The translations under genes were made by a program, and so were the position numbers. Under the pieces are notes generated by a model. The model worked only from the letters and a program-made list of their open reading frames with translations. It made no database searches and was not told the DNA's origin. A DNA stretch of 64,000 bases from Raillietiella orientalis. Its lineage: Eukaryota. Position 1 is the stretch's first letter; each line of letters opens with the position of its first letter. The DNA is taken from NCBI GenBank assembly GCA_036172245.1, contig JAYWIR010000067.1:434001-498000 (forward strand), given 5' to 3'. This document shows positions 34,460-48,440 of this stretch, piece by piece.

Positions 34460-37400
34460 GTGCACCTCAGGGGACAATGAATAAATAGGCAGGAAGAAAA
34501 AGAGATTCCTTGTCACAATCGCCGCACCAATCCGCAGTCTGCGTGCGATGCAGATGGCGTCCTCCGGGACTTTCACGATGGGAAGTTGTGGTACAGGCGC
34601 CATCGTTGCGAACTCGATGCACGCGTTCCTTCCCTCCTTGCCTACGTACCTCCTGCGTGCTCCGGGGATGCCACGACCCTCCTCTCGCAACGCAGGATTG
34701 CCAGGCGGCGAAAAAAGCTAGTTCCGCGGATTCCGTTTGTTCTTGTCTACGGCATGCGCGCGAACGCTCCCAGCTCCCCGCAGATGGTGCATTTCTGGTT
34801 TGTACCGGGGATTCTGACGGCAGAAAGACAGCTGGCTGCCTCTGGATGGAACACCGGAACTCTGATCCCAAACCCTGATTTTGGATTTATGAAAATTTTG
34901 TAGCTCTCCCGGATCTCTTCTTTTTTGAGCCTCCCGATGGCAAACATGATCTCGCCAATCGTGGAAGGTTCGTTAAGGCTTCTGGTCTCCACAGAGGCAC
35001 CTTCCAGCAGCGGAAGCAGCGAGAAATCCATCTCCGGGAGTGCCATGGCGTACAGAGAGGAATAAACCTCACGCACAAGGCTTCGGGTGTCCCATCGGAC
35101 CAAGTGCTTCCGAGACCCATCGTCCAGAAAACTTTCTGATTCTTACGAAACACTCCTCCAAAGCCTGGAAGCAAAGGGCTTCGAGGGTGCTGTTTGCAGA
35201 ACTCTCGAATGAATCCTCCCAAACGTTCCCAGTCTTCGCGTGTCCGCATGTCAAACCTGAGCACTAACCCACAATTCCTCCGACAGACGCCACGCATAAG
35301 AAGAGAGATCTATGTCGAGCGGTCTAATCTCCAGCCCTATTCAAGCGTGAACACCCTTGAATAGGGACAATGTAGACCTCGACATGCCTCTCCTAGGCAC
35401 CCGTGATCACAGGTGTTGGTCGAGAAACACATGGGCGATCCTGTTCACGAAACCGGTGCCCCTGCCTCGCAGGTTCCTCGCATGCACTGATGCGCACACC
35501 ATGTTGTCGGAGTCTCGCTCTCCGCTTGGTGCACCTGGCAGCAGGTAGACGCTGAAGTTTTTCACCGGGTCACACCGGGGACCAGTGAAAAACAAAGTTC
35601 CCAATCAAGTCAAAAAACAAAAAGGAGGGGTTCATTAGCAAGCAGGTTAGGAGAACCGTGAGATCGGGAGGACAAAGGGACAACCAAAAAAGAAAAAAAG
35701 CGGGGAAGGCGCAGGGATCTTTGGTGACGCTGCGTACCCACCGCAGTACAAAAAAAAAGTCCCCCAAAACTTCCGGGGCTCATAGAGACGGGAGATGAGA
35801 TAGAAAACAAAATAAATGCAACAAAATAAAGGACAAGGATCGCCGGATTCGCCGTTCTAAACCGTCCATCAACTGGCGGTGGACGCCGGTGATCTCCTTT
35901 GCATCCTCTCCATGTGGTGGCCACATCGCTATGGTGTGGCCACTTTGCAGTCCCTCCGATGTAAATGGCTTCCATGCAGGCAACTTCGCTCTGCGGTGAT
36001 TTTCTGCAGCTGTTGAGCCCAAACGATGGCGCGAATGCATCCCATGGTTGCAAAAATAGCGCACGTGGAGAGGCTTCTAAGAGCAAAGAACTCCGCGACA
36101 CGTCTCCTGCGGTATCCTGTGGGTGCAAGAGTGCTGTTGCCAAACTCCTCCACAGTTCCTGGAAAGCACTGCAGTCCAAAAGCATGTGTGGAATTGACGT
36201 CCCCGACTCGCACCAGCCACAGTTCGGAGGTGCAACCCCTTTGGAAACTGGATGCCGTCGCTGGTTACAACGGAATCCAAACTGGATCACCCGCAGTACA
36301 GCCTATTTGCAGGCGAGGGGAAACAACGCACTGTGCGTCAAGTGTGAAGGAATTTCTTGTTCTACGGAAGCAAGGAGTCTTGTAGCCAAAGTACGCAGAG
36401 TGGCAACATCCGTCAGCTTCTTCATCTTCCTGCCGCAATGAAATCTAGTTTTTTCCAAGATGGCGCAGAAAAACTCCCTCCTTGTCTGTTGGCTGCTGTC
36501 AACGCCTGTCTAGAGAGCAGATAGCGCTACGGCGAAAGGTGTGGACGGCAGAGTTGAAAGCTCCATTGTGTCCTGCAGTACCTCTCCCAACAGTTGTTTT
36601 AGAATATGTCGCGAGGGCAAAGATGTTCAGGGCACATTCACTAAGACACATCCTTACACCAACATCAAATCAAGAACGTGCTCCAGGCAAACCCACAGTT
36701 AATTTGCTTGGGTGAAGCCGGGCAGTAAAGCTCAGCCGTGAACAGATCCAGACACTTGAAACATGTTGGATAATGCAGGATGCGTTCCCTGCGATCCTCC
36801 ATCCATTTGAGATAAACGGTCCGCGATGTGGAGCGATTTCGCGGCCACCCTCCTTCGCCCCCCGCTTTCTGTGCGCCCCGCTCCTCCCCAAATCAGGACA
36901 CGGACAAGGGGCCTCAACAGCAACCTGTTGCCAAGCGTTGTGGTTTCTCGAACGACAGGAGTTTCACAAATGGGCTTCCAGTAGTGAGGCGAGTTGCCAC
37001 AGCGAAAGTCGATTCACATCATCATCTAATGGGTGCCCGACCTTAACGAGAGCAGTCCTTCTTTGCCGTCGAATCTTCGAAGGGGGGTGCGTGCAATCGT
37101 ACACATTAAGGAAGTCCTTTGTTTGGCCCAGAGAGCCATCATCCGGAGCTGCACTGGCAGCACAGTTCTCTCGAGCGTCAGGATGTCACAGCCAGCAGCA
37201 GGTCGAGGAGACGCTAAATCCATTAGGCAAACCTTAGATGTTCGAGGTTTTTCCCAAGCGTTTCTTAGTAGGCGCTCAGCCACCTGATTCGCCTCTTAGG
37301 GGGATCGACAAGTAAAAATCAGAAGGCGGAGAAGAAGGGCTATAACTGCGTTCCCAATGAATGCCATTCCAGCAATTAACACTAGCTACGAACAGACGGA

Positions 37401-38420
37401 CAGACTACGAACTACTAAAAATCAATTCTGTCTATTGAAGGCAGTCTGACCACGTTTCGGCAGAGACAAAGACACCCAACAGAACGTCAAGGTACTTCAA
37501 TTGCCTGCGTTTGGGGATTCCGAAACGGATACAGTCGGTCTGCTTCTCCAGCGACGCACTAACAGGAACGACCGCACTCTTACTCCTTGTAAGCTCAAGC
37601 CTGATCCCTGACGGATCAGCTCGAATTAATCAAAGAGTCTGGACGCCGGGGTGGACATAGTTAGTAAAAAAAAGCAGGTAGTCAGAATAGACCGCAACGG
37701 CCGGCGTTTTTGGACAGGGGCTTGGCAGGTCAGCCAGCATCAGCCTGTACTCTCTTAGCACCAACTCGAAGTAGATGCTGAAAGGCAAAAGGCTTAGGCT
37801 GTACCCCTGCAGGATGCTTCTACGTACGGCAATACCGTACACATGGAAGCCTCTGAAAAAATAAAATTTAAAATCCATCTAATAAACATCAATTTTTCAA
37901 CCACATTACATACTACACACTAACACCACCATACTCCAGGAATTGTTGCTTTGCCCACGCATCCAAAAGTTCTTCGGGGGGCACACTCAAATGTTCACTC
38001 CACCGAAGGAGTCCCTTCGGGATGATGCGAGGCGTGGCGGCGTCTGCCAGCTCGCAAGTCCTCCAGCCGCCTATGGGTGGTGTTGTTCCTGCGATGGTGC
38101 AGGCGACCTCCCACCTCGCCGGCAGGCAGCTGTCCTCTCTTGCCCTGAGGGCTGACAGCGCGTCGGCGAGGGGCGTGACGGCCAGGCGAGTTCACTTATC
38201 CTGGCTGTTGCACACCTCATCCACCGTGCAGTACGGGGAGAGGTGAGCGCAACGGAGTTCCAGAAGCGAAACATCCTGCTGCTTTGCCCACGCATGCAAC
38301 GATTCCTGCCTCCAGTCGTCAAAGTTCGTTGGGCGGCAGGAGATCCAGTCGTGGACTGCCAGGAGCCGGTAGAGTGGTTTCAACGGGAAACCGAAGCTTC
38401 TCGTGGCGCGCACAGGGGCG
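34460..38420 (-). mobile_element. Mosaic of decayed L1/Tx1-like ORF2 fragments
   Basis: Endonuclease/linker remnant at 34880-35556 (HVFLDQHL, REFCKQHP, YSSLYA). A 3' end with stem-loop + AAAAA at ~35558-35582. Zinc finger CGWCESGTSIPHMLLDC at ~36180-36225. RT remnant QGYSLSLLPF..YSD at 37630-37870. Segment 37940-38400 is similar to 52230-52660. Confidence 0.8.
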
Positions 38421-39990
38421 GGAAAAACAGAAAAAAAAACAGAAAAAGAAAAACGCCTGGCAGACAATGTTTTTGGGGAGGGGAGGGAAGGGAAGGGATC
38501 ATGGTGCTCCGTGAAGAGGCCTCTGCATCCGGATTTGGATGCGAACAAGTGCCGACTAATGTTTGCTAAGTCGGCGCCAACGGGAAGCCTTCTGCAAAGA
38601 GATGGTTGCCCAGTGCATGGCATTCCGTCTTCTCCGTCTTCTCCTTGTTGCAGTCCATTTGTCCGAAATTCCGCGTATGCAACAGAGCACTGCTACACAT
38701 CCGGCGGCTGGCATGGCGTCCCACATCAGGAGGCGTCGAAAATGTTTTTCAGGTTGCCCACTGGAATGTTTAGGATCGAAGACAGTCGATCCCATATACG
38801 ACGGAGGGCAACGCACTCGATTATTAAGTAAGGGAAGGTCTCCCTTTCCCCGCACTCTGCACAGTGGGCATCCACACTCCTTAAAGTCCAGTTGAAGAGG
38901 CGTGCTCCGCAAAGGAGTTCCCAATGGAGCACTAGCGGAGCCGTTTTTTGCCACTGCAGGGGGAGGGTGCAGTTGTTCCAAGACGCTGGGGGCCACTTCA
39001 CCTCCTCCGGAGGCAAATCGCGCAGCTCGCCCCAGCGCACAAGTCCATTCGGCGGGACAATCGGGGTTGTAGCGTCCGCTAGTTCTTGAGACGTCCACGC
39101 CTTCATACATTTTTCCCTGCCTCCTATGAGGCAGGGCACTTCACACGATGCCTCCTCTTGGCTGTCCGTGGCTTCCCTGAGGGAGGGCAGCACGGGGGCA
39201 ATTGGTGTGAAGGGAGCCCACACCAATTGCAAACGATCTCCTGCAGGAGCCGGCCAGCGTACCTGCCTCAACGGAGTCAGGAAAAGTGCACATCACTGGA
39301 GCAGTTCATTTTAGCCCACGCGGAAACGGACTCCTGTAGCCAGGTAGTCCAGTCCGCGGGGATGCAGGAGATCCACGGATTGTCCCTCACCAGGGCAACC
39401 GAGTCTACTAGCTGAAACTCACAATGGATCAGACTGCGGTCGTTGGCTACTAGGATTGAGGTCAATCCGTAGCAGCCGGTTGCCCTGTGGCCAAGGAGTC
39501 TTGTAGGCTCACACCAGGGTGCTGTCCAATATTTAGCCACCAAGGCAAGTTTCCTGAATTGGAGCTGACGCTCCATGCGCTACAACATCAGGAGACCAAG
39601 TCCACCGTCCCTGCGTGGAGCGCACAACTCTTTAAGTCGGACGCGGGACCTCCGGTTGCCCCAAAGGACTTTCCTGATGAGGCCCCTTGTCCGTGTCCTC
39701 ATTTGGGGAGGGTAGGGCACACAAAAAGTAGGTGGCGAAGAAGGGGGTCCGCAAAAGCGTTCCACACCGAGGCCCGTTCTTGCGAGCAAATCTTGCCGCC
39801 CCGGAACGGGCCGATCGCCAACTCCAACTTTTGAAGACGGTCGGACCAGCCTTCTGCAGTGCAGAAGTCCCCCAACGGAACAACAAGGTACATGATGTAC
39901 CCTCACGTGAGGATCCCCAAGCGGATCAAGTCTGACCGTCCTGCCCGCGACGAGTCCGAGAATATGATCGACGACTTCGTACTGTTCCCT
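38420..39990 (-). mobile_element. L1/Tx1-like ORF2 3' half (post-RT region, CCHC finger, T-rich 3' UTR)
   Basis: YL.VPLG, ERASVWNAF, LCAPRRDGGLGL and CAECGERETFPYLIIEC motifs with frameshifts. Confidence 0.85.
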
Positions 39991-42666
39991 GCGTCCTTCT
40001 GGCTAGCGGACGTGTTTTGACATCGTTCCGCGGTCTGGTTAGTGGGAAGCTTTTTGTTGGTATTGTCTGGTGTGTGGGATCGCCGGTGCCCAAGCAGAAA
40101 TGCCTGAGGACACCGCGATGGAAATTAGGGTAGGAGAGGCGACTTGCTCTCCTCCACCTATGGAAGTGGGGGCATCCACCCCCATGGAATCCGGGGTACT
40201 TGCCCCATCGGAATCGGGGGCAACCACCCCTTCGCGACCCTCTTCGCCAGCGGCGAGGAGCTGGAGTGCCGTCGTTGCTGCACCATTCCCGGCTGCAGTA
40301 GCGGAGCAGACTGCCTACAAGGACAGCGGCTACAAACCGTCGCTGATCTACAAGGTAGGCAGTGTGTTCGACGAGAAAATTGCACGCTCCTTTGAAATGG
40401 AGCTGCAAAGATTGAATGTGAGGGAGGAAGACCTCGAGGGCGTCTCCGTCCTTAGTGGGGGGCAGCGAGTTGAGCTGACTTGCAGAGAGGCAAGTCTGGC
40501 GCAGCGCCTGCTAAACACCCCCATTACGATGGACGGCCGCAGGATCTTCCCTGTGACGGGGACCGCTCCGTCGTGGTCCACCTCACGGGCGTATCACTCC
40601 GAGTGGACAAAACCAGCGTCCATGAGGAGTTGTCAAAACACAGTAGTATGCACGCGTATTGGGCCAAACCCAATGTCTTCCGAACGTACGGAAGGCTATT
40701 CAGTGGGATGGCCGCTGCCCGCGTCACACTACCGGAGAATGGTGGGTTTCCCCACAAACTAAATATCGGCGAAGAAAAAGTCGATGTTTGGTACGTGGGA
40801 AAGCCCAAGTATTGTGGCCATTGCGATGCTACAGGGCACTTAAAAAAACGGTGCCCTAACATCCAATGCCACTTATGTGGAAACAAGGGCCACATCCGCA
40901 AGGTGTGCCCAAGACGAGAAATCCCGGTCCCTCCCGCTGCCAAAAAGGCAAAGGGGAAACGGGCGGGAGAGACGAATACCATGAAGCAGGCCGTAAGGAG
41001 CCAGATGCCAGTCCCTAAGCCATCCCAGCAAACGTCGGTTGAGAGCACTCCCGACGACGCTGGCGACGGCGAAGGCTGGCAGACGGTACAGCCCAGAAGA
41101 AAGCCCGGGAGTCCCGAACGAAGCGCGGGGAAAACAAAAACGCAGCGCAAAAAAACGTGCCGCGAAAAACTTCGCGTTTGTTCGGTAAAATTAAAGCGTG
41201 TGGAGGCACTCGATGCCGCCACCGGGGGAACAATCCCCTTCCTCGCGTCCGCCGAAGCCGCGACGGTCGATGGCGAACCCTCTGGGGAAACAGAGGGGGA
41301 ACCGCGCGCCGCGCTCGACGCGATCGAGGAGGCCGCCTTCCAGCAGGCGGTGGAAGAACTCGAGGCAGAACTGCAAGGCCGTGAGACGAAATCGTGGAAA
41401 ACCTTACGAAGGCCGGCCGAGGAAGGCTCCGGAGGCAGGTGATGCCGATCCAGATGCCGGAAGTGCGTCATCCTCAGCGGAGGCGCCACCTAAGAAGACG
41501 GGACGGAAGTCCCAGAATCCCAGGAGGCGCATCCGAACCAACAAGGAGAGGGATGAACCGACACCCGAGGGGGAAGCCGGCAGCGCGGGAGCCGAGGGTG
41601 GGAATCTCTCACTCCCCGACACCGTGCAGCTGGCAACCCCTATGGAGGAGGAATTGCAGGTGGGTGAACCCCCCCTTCCTGTGCACGGCCCTGCCGACGA
41701 TTCGGCCCCCATAGAGGAGGGAGAAGCGGTGCGCGACGCACCCCCTCCTCCTAGCGTCCCGCCTGACAAGGTGGCGGGAGCTCCTTTGCCACTTTCTCAG
41801 GATTAGCACCTGGACTCGCCTATCGCCGTAGGATACGCGTAGCCTGCTGGAACGTCAACGGGCTGCGCGATGACGGCAACAGGCGGGACACGGCCGACAC
41901 CCTGCGTGACTCCGACCTGGCGCTCCTGCAGGAGATCCACGTGATCACCGCGGAGAACGCCCAAGAGATCGAAAGGATCGCAGGGGGTCGTCTGTTTTGG
42001 CAATGCGGCGCTCTCAAAACCTGTGGCGTCGCGTATTTCTTGAAGCCAGCAGTCGACGCCGTCGTCAAGGGCGTCAATAAGGACAAACGCGTTGGCCAGT
42101 TCATCCTCAGGTGGTCCGACTCGATCGAGGGACTAAAGTGTGCGGTCCGAGCGGTGGATGCGGGTACGAGGAACGTTCACGGTTCCTCGAAACCCTGAAG
42201 CGCGACTGGCTGGCTGATACAAACGTACGCAAGGCACATGTGATCGGTGGGGATTTCAACATCCGCCTGCTCTCAGGTGTGCCTTGCGGGCAAAAAGACG
42301 CAGCCAACGAGTTGTGCGCTGCTATGCGCGCGCGCAACTTGTTGGGGGACCTCCGGGAAATGGTCCAAAGCGTCGACCACTTTTTCCTTGACGCCAACCT
42401 GTGCCCAGAGGGAAACTTCCATCGACGCTATCCGACCATTTCTGGTAGATTTTCTAGGTTATGTCTCGCGACAAAGGCCCACCATCCAGAGCGTGGCGTC
42501 TGCCCGGGGACCGGATGCTGATCTCAGGTGCGACGGAACATCTCCGCCGATTCCTGAGAAGCGTCATCTTGCGGAATCTCGCCGACTGCGACCGCATGAA
42601 GGTCTCGATCCGCGAGTTCCGCGAGGAGTTTCTTCTACACCGCCTGCACCGGGGATTTGGTGTTGT
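39990..42666 (+). mobile_element. L1/Tx1-like element, 5' half (ORF1 with two CCHC knuckles plus APE endonuclease), frameshifted
   Basis: ORF1 begins MPEDTAME and contains CGHCDATGHLKKRC and CHLCGNKGHIRKVC. The endonuclease motifs are WNVNG, LQE and GDFN. Frameshifts at ~40560 and ~41420. Confidence 0.9.
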
Positions 42667-44545
42667 CACCCGGGTACGCCCAGGGCGTTTAATTAAAAAC
42701 TCTACATTGCGTGGTACAAGGCCCCACTTACGGCCATAGACACGGGACCTGCCGGTTCGCAGCCCGGCGTGACTCTCCTCGGCAGTCAAAGGGGATGGGG
42801 GAAAAAACAAAAATAAAAATAAAAAATAGAGACAAAAAGAGTTTAGAGGGAGGGGAAGGGATCATTGATCACTGAGAGGAGGATCCATCCATCGAAGGAG
42901 GCCCTCGAGGTCCATCCGAATATTTCCCAGATGGGGCCATCTGGCAGCTCTTCGCATGAAGCGTACTGCATGCTGGATGACGTCCCTTTCGTTCCATTCT
43001 TGCTCTTCGCTGTCGGCATCGCTCCAGGCCGCCACGATGCCTCGGACGCAGCAAAGTGCTGCGACGGCTGCGGCTGGCTGCATGGCGTCCCGCACGAAGA
43101 GGAGCCGGAGAACGTCTTTGGGCGTGCTGACCATAGGGAGCCCGAGGGTCATCCCAAACCGTTCCCGAAGGGGTCGGAGGGCAGCACAATCCACAATAAG
43201 ATGGGGGAGTGATTTCCGCTCCCCGCACCTGAAACATGCAGCATCCACAGCTCCCCTTGTCCAGTGGAAGCGGCGTGCGTTGCAGGGTAAACCCCAGTGC
43301 AACAGCAGCAACGCCGACTCTTGCCACTTAAGGGTCAGGATCCTTGATCCTCTTGAAACCGGGGGCCACTTCAGGTCATCCGACCGGATGCCGAGCAGCT
43401 CGCCCCATCTTTTTAATCCACTCGGCTGGACGGTTAGGGTCGTGGCGTCCGCCAGCTCTACCATGGTCCAGTCGCTGATCAACTTCTCTCTGCCTGAGAT
43501 TCGGCAGGAGACTTGCCACCTCGGCGTCCGGCTGCCGTGAAGCGCCTTCCTCAGGAAGGGCATCGCCGTAACAAGCGGGGTCCTCTCCGCCCACGTGCAG
43601 CTCGCGGGAGATTCAAGTATTTCACGCAGAGTGCGGCGGGCGTAGAAACCGATTCGCAGGCAGTTCCATGTCTCGTGGTTGCTCTCAATATCTTCGCCTA
43701 CGTGCCAGCGGTCTCCTCCAGCCATGCGGAGGAGTTGGCGGGGCCACACACCATCCAGGCGGTCTCCTTTGTCAAGGTGGACATGCGTCCATGGAGCAGG
43801 CAGCATCTTTGTATCTTCCGGCAGGAGCACAGAAGATAAGACGCAAGTCCTTGCGTCCTGGAGACACGGCTGGCAAGAAGGCGGAGTGGAACACATCAAG
43901 GGGTGCTCCACATCTTCTCTGCGATGGCTATGGTGCGCCAACGCAGTTGGATTTCCAAGCGCTCCAGCGTCAGGAGACTAAGAGAGTCGTCCCGACGCGG
44001 AGCGCATAAGTTCTTCAGAGGCACTCGGGGCCTCCCTTTGCCCCAAAGGGCGATGCGAAGGAAGTCCTTCGTCCCCTTTTTCAAAAGTAGGGGGACAAGC
44101 AAACAAAAAGCAGGAGGTGGAGAATGGGAACTGCAAACGCGTTCCATACCGTGGCGCGTCCCGGCAAGAGGAACCTGCCTTTAGGAATGGGCGATCACCA
44201 GCTCTACTTTCTGGAAACGACCTGACCAGGCTTCTGACGGGCAGAGGTCCCCCAACGGGACGCCCAGGTGCCTGGCCGTGGGGATCCCTAAACGGATCCA
44301 GTCAGGCCGCCCAACCGACGTCGCACCAACCGCCACCACCAACGACTTTGCCTTGCTCACCCGCAGTCCCGTCCCGCGGCTTAGCATATCGAAGAAATCC
44401 TCGACTGCCGCTGCCGGAGCGCACATGGAAAGCAGGAACAGAAGATCGTTGGCGTACGCTGCTACAGCGGGCGTGCCGGGGCACGAGCTCGGCAAGGCAG
44501 CCAAAGTCGCCCTGTACGCTCTCAGCCCCAACTCGAAGCAGGTGC
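42667..44545 (-). mobile_element. L1/Tx1-like 3' part (RT end, C-terminus, 3' UTR with terminal stem-loop), antisense to its neighbour
   Basis: AYANDLL (degenerate YADD), CFRCGERKSLPHLIVDC, and ATTAAA + hairpin at 42667-42693. Confidence 0.88.
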
Positions 44546-44549
44546 TAGA

Positions 44550-46592
44550 GAGCATCTGCTTCGAGCCACATCCAAGTGGGGCCATCGTCACGCCCTCAGG
44601 AATTGGGCGGCTCCCTGGATGGCACCCTTGTCGCGTGGTCCTCCCGTAGCCGTGCTCCATGCGTCGACGATCCCGCGAAGGCAGCACAAGGCTGCTATCG
44701 AGGCCGCTGGCCGAAGGGTGTCGGCAAAGAAGAGGGCTTTTAATGCGTTCCTAAGGTTGCCGCAGGGGATACCGATGGCCGCGGCAAAGCAAAACCAAAG
44801 CGACCGAAAGCAACAGAATCCACAAGGAGGTGGGGAGGGACTCCCGTTCCCCACACCTAACACAATTTGGGTTCACCGCTCCCCAGGTCCAGTGATGTCG
44901 ATGGGCGTTGCAGGGGAGTCCCCAGTGCTGCAACAGTAGAGTCGGCTTCTGCCATTCAAAGGGGAAGGTGGAAGTGTTCATGAGCACCGGGAGCCACTTC
45001 AGATGCTCAATCGGAACATCGAGCAGCGCGTCCCAGCGCAGAAGTCCATTGGGAGGCATACTCGGGGTCGCAGCGTCAGTCAGCTGACCCGTCTTCCACT
45101 CTCCTTGCTTCTTCTCCTTTCCGGAGATGGTTACTTCAACCTCCCACTTTGCCGCAACATCACTGTCCAGATCTTCCATTGGGGAGGCCAGCGCAGCAGT
45201 GAGGGGCGTTCTTCCTGACCACGCTCGCTTCTTCGGATCCTCCAGGATCTCTCGGAACGTGCAACTTCTGTAGCACCCAAACAGAAACCGTCGTTCGTGT
45301 TGGGCGCGTTGCATGCCGCACTGTGTCCACGTGCGAACGGTTTCCTGCAACCAGGCACTAACGTTTGCGGGGCGACAGGTGATCCATCCTTGGTTTTTCC
45401 GAACCAAGGCAGCCACCCTCCGCAGCTGTAGCCCACATCGGATGATGCGGGAGCGATGGAGTGAAAGAAAGGACGTGAGTCCCATCTTCCCGGTGGCTTC
45501 CTTGACGAGGAGGGACGCACCAGCAGGTGCACCACAACTCCGGCACAGCGGCCAACATCCGGAACTGGAGCTAAAGCTCCAGCCGCTCCAACGTCAGGAG
45601 ACCGAGACCGCCGTCCCGGTGTGAAGCGCACAAGTCCTTAAGGGGGACTCGGGCCCTCCCGTTGCCCAAAGGGCGATACGGAGGAGCTTCTTCGTAAACT
45701 TTTTGATCCTCTCTGTGGGGGTACAAACAAAAAGCAGGGAACGGGGGAGAGGAGCCGCGAACGTGTTGCAAACCGCGGCCCGTTCAGGCAGGAAAAACCT
45801 GCCGCCTCGGAACGGGCCGATCTCGGACTCAACTTTTTGGAGGCAGCCGGACCACGCTTCCACAAGGGAATAGTCCCCCAACGGTACACCAAGGTACTTA
45901 AAGTACCTCACAGTGGGGATCCCCAAACGAACCCAGTCCTGCTGCCCAGCCCACGCCGCACCGACTGGCATCTCGGACGACTTCGCCCTGTTCACCGTAA
46001 GTCCGGTTCCCCGATGCAGCAGGTCGAAGAACTCCTCGACCGCCGAAGGCGGGGTGGACATAGGGAGCAGAAGCAGAAGTTCGTCCGCATATGCTGAAGC
46101 CGCAGGCGTACCGGCACAGTCGTGCGGCAGGTGCGCCAGAGTTCCCCTGTACGCTCTCAGTACCAACTCAAAGTAGGTGCTGAAGAGCAAGGGACTCAGG
46201 CTGTCTCCCTGCCGTATCTCACGCCGCACCGGCACGCCGTGCACGGTTAGCCCGCTGAAAGAAACGTTGATGAGCGCGTCGCGCCAGCTGGAGAGCAGAT
46301 AGGTCAATAATGAGTCCGGGAAGCCCAAGCGTTCCAGAAGCTCCAGCAGGAGATTCTGGTCGACACTGTCGAATGCTTCCCCACCCGACCATCCGACCCA
46401 TGGCTGACGGACTCACTGGAATTCCAGCTGCGCATCAAGCCACTTTCATGTTAGAGCTCTAGCCAGGTGGAAGCGTGGAACAGGTTCGCCGCCATGCTTC
46501 GCCTGGGAACAGCATATGTCTGTTCCGGGCTGATGAAGGCGTTTGCAACCCGTCCCAGACGCTGTGCCCAAACCTTCGCTTGCAACTTGGCG
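44550..46592 (-). mobile_element. L1/Tx1-like RT and C-terminal fragment
   Basis: ISPEQTYAVP, AFDSVDQ, RQGDSLSPLLF, YADELL, FKYLGVPLG and CVRCGERESLP motifs. Confidence 0.88.
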
Positions 46593-48440
46593 TGTGGACC
46601 TGTTTTCCTTGCGCTCCGACCGCGCTAGTTTGTGAAGCTCTTTTGATTGTGTTTGTGCGTGGTACATCGCTGGTATCCTATGGCAGAAATGCCTGAAGAC
46701 ACCGCGATGGATATCGGAGGGGGAGAGGCTTGCTCCTCTTTCCAGCCCACAGAGGTAGGGGCGACCGCCCCCACTGAGGCGAGAGCAACCGCCCTCTTGA
46801 AAAAGGGAGCATCCGTCCCCTCAGAGCCGTCTTCTCTTACCACGAAGATGTGGAGCGCCGTGGTTGCAGCGCCATCCCCTGCAGCCATTGCAGAGCAGTC
46901 CGCCTACCGGAAACAAGGCTACAAGCCTTCCCTGATTCATAAGTTAGAAAATATATTTGTTGGGAATACCGCTCGCAATTTCGAAAGGGAGTTGCAGCGG
47001 CTTAATATTAAGAAGAAGGACCTGGAAGATCTTTCCGTGATGAGTGGGAGTCAGCGGGTGAAGCTGAGCTGCAAAGATGCAAGCCTGGCTCAGCGCCTGC
47101 TGAATACTCCCATTACGCTGGATGGCCGAAAGATCTTGAGAAGGTCGGCCACGTCGAAGGCACCTCAGACAGGTGATTGCGATTCGGATGCCGGAAGTGC
47201 GTCCTTCTTCGCGGAGGCGCCTCCCAGGAAGACAGGACGCAAGTCCAAGAACCCGAGGAGGCGCATCCCGACAAAGGAGGGGGACCCACCGGCAGCTGAG
47301 GGGGAAGCCGGCAACCTGGGAACGGAGGAAGGGAATTTCCCTCTCCCTGTGACCAAGCAGCTGGCCACCCCCATGGAGGAGGGGGAGCAGGTAAGTGACT
47401 CCCCCCCCCGCCGATTGGCCCGGCCGACGAATTGGCCCCCTTGGGAGAGAGGGAATAGGTAGGTGATACCCACCCCCTTCCACCGATGCGGCCTCCCGAG
47501 GAATCGGCCATCATGGAGGAGGGAGAACCGGTGCGCAATGCACCCTCTCCTCCATCCGTTCCGCCCGATCAGGTGTCGGGAGCCGCACTGCCACGTTCCC
47601 AGGAATAACCCCTGGGCTCGCCTGTCGCCGACGGATCCGCGTGGCCTGTTGGAATGTCAACGGGCTGCGCGACGACGGCAACAGACGGGACACAGCCGCC
47701 ACCCTGCGTGACTTCGACCTGGTGCTCCTGCAGGAGATCCACGTGATCACCGCGGTGATCGCCCAGGAAATCGAAAGGATCGCAGGGGGCGGTTGCTGTT
47801 GCAATGCATCGCCCACAACACCTGTGACGTCGCATTTTTCTTGAAGCCTGCGGTCGACGCTGCCGTGAAGGGAGTGCGCTTCGTCGACTCCGGTCGGGTC
47901 GGCCAGCTGATTCTGCGATGGTCCGACACGATTTAACAAACGTGTACGCCCCCAGCGGTGCTGTCAGGTATCCGGAACGTAGAGCGTTCCTGGAAACCTT
48001 GAAGCGCGACCGACTGGAGGAAGCGAACGTGCTCAGGGCTCACCTGATTGCTGGCGATTTCAACCTGCACCTGCTCTCAGGTGAACCTCACGCACAGGAA
48101 CGGACGGCTAACGAGTTATGCGCTGCTATGCGCACGCGCAACTTGTTAGGGGATATCCGGAAATGGTCAGGAGCATCGACCACATTTTCCTCGATGACGA
48201 CTTGTGCCCAAGGGTCAGAAGACGAGGGAAACTTCCGTCGGAGAAGTCTGACCATTTCAGGCTGAAATTCGAGGTATGCTCACGCGATAAGGACCCCCTA
48301 TTCAGGGCATGGGGACTGGACGCGAATCTCAGTTGTGAAAGAACATCTTCGCGAATTCCTGAGAAGCGTCACGCTCCAGAGTCTTAGCGGCTGGGACCTT
48401 TCTAAGGACTCGGTTGGCGAGTTCTGCGAGAAGTTCCCCA

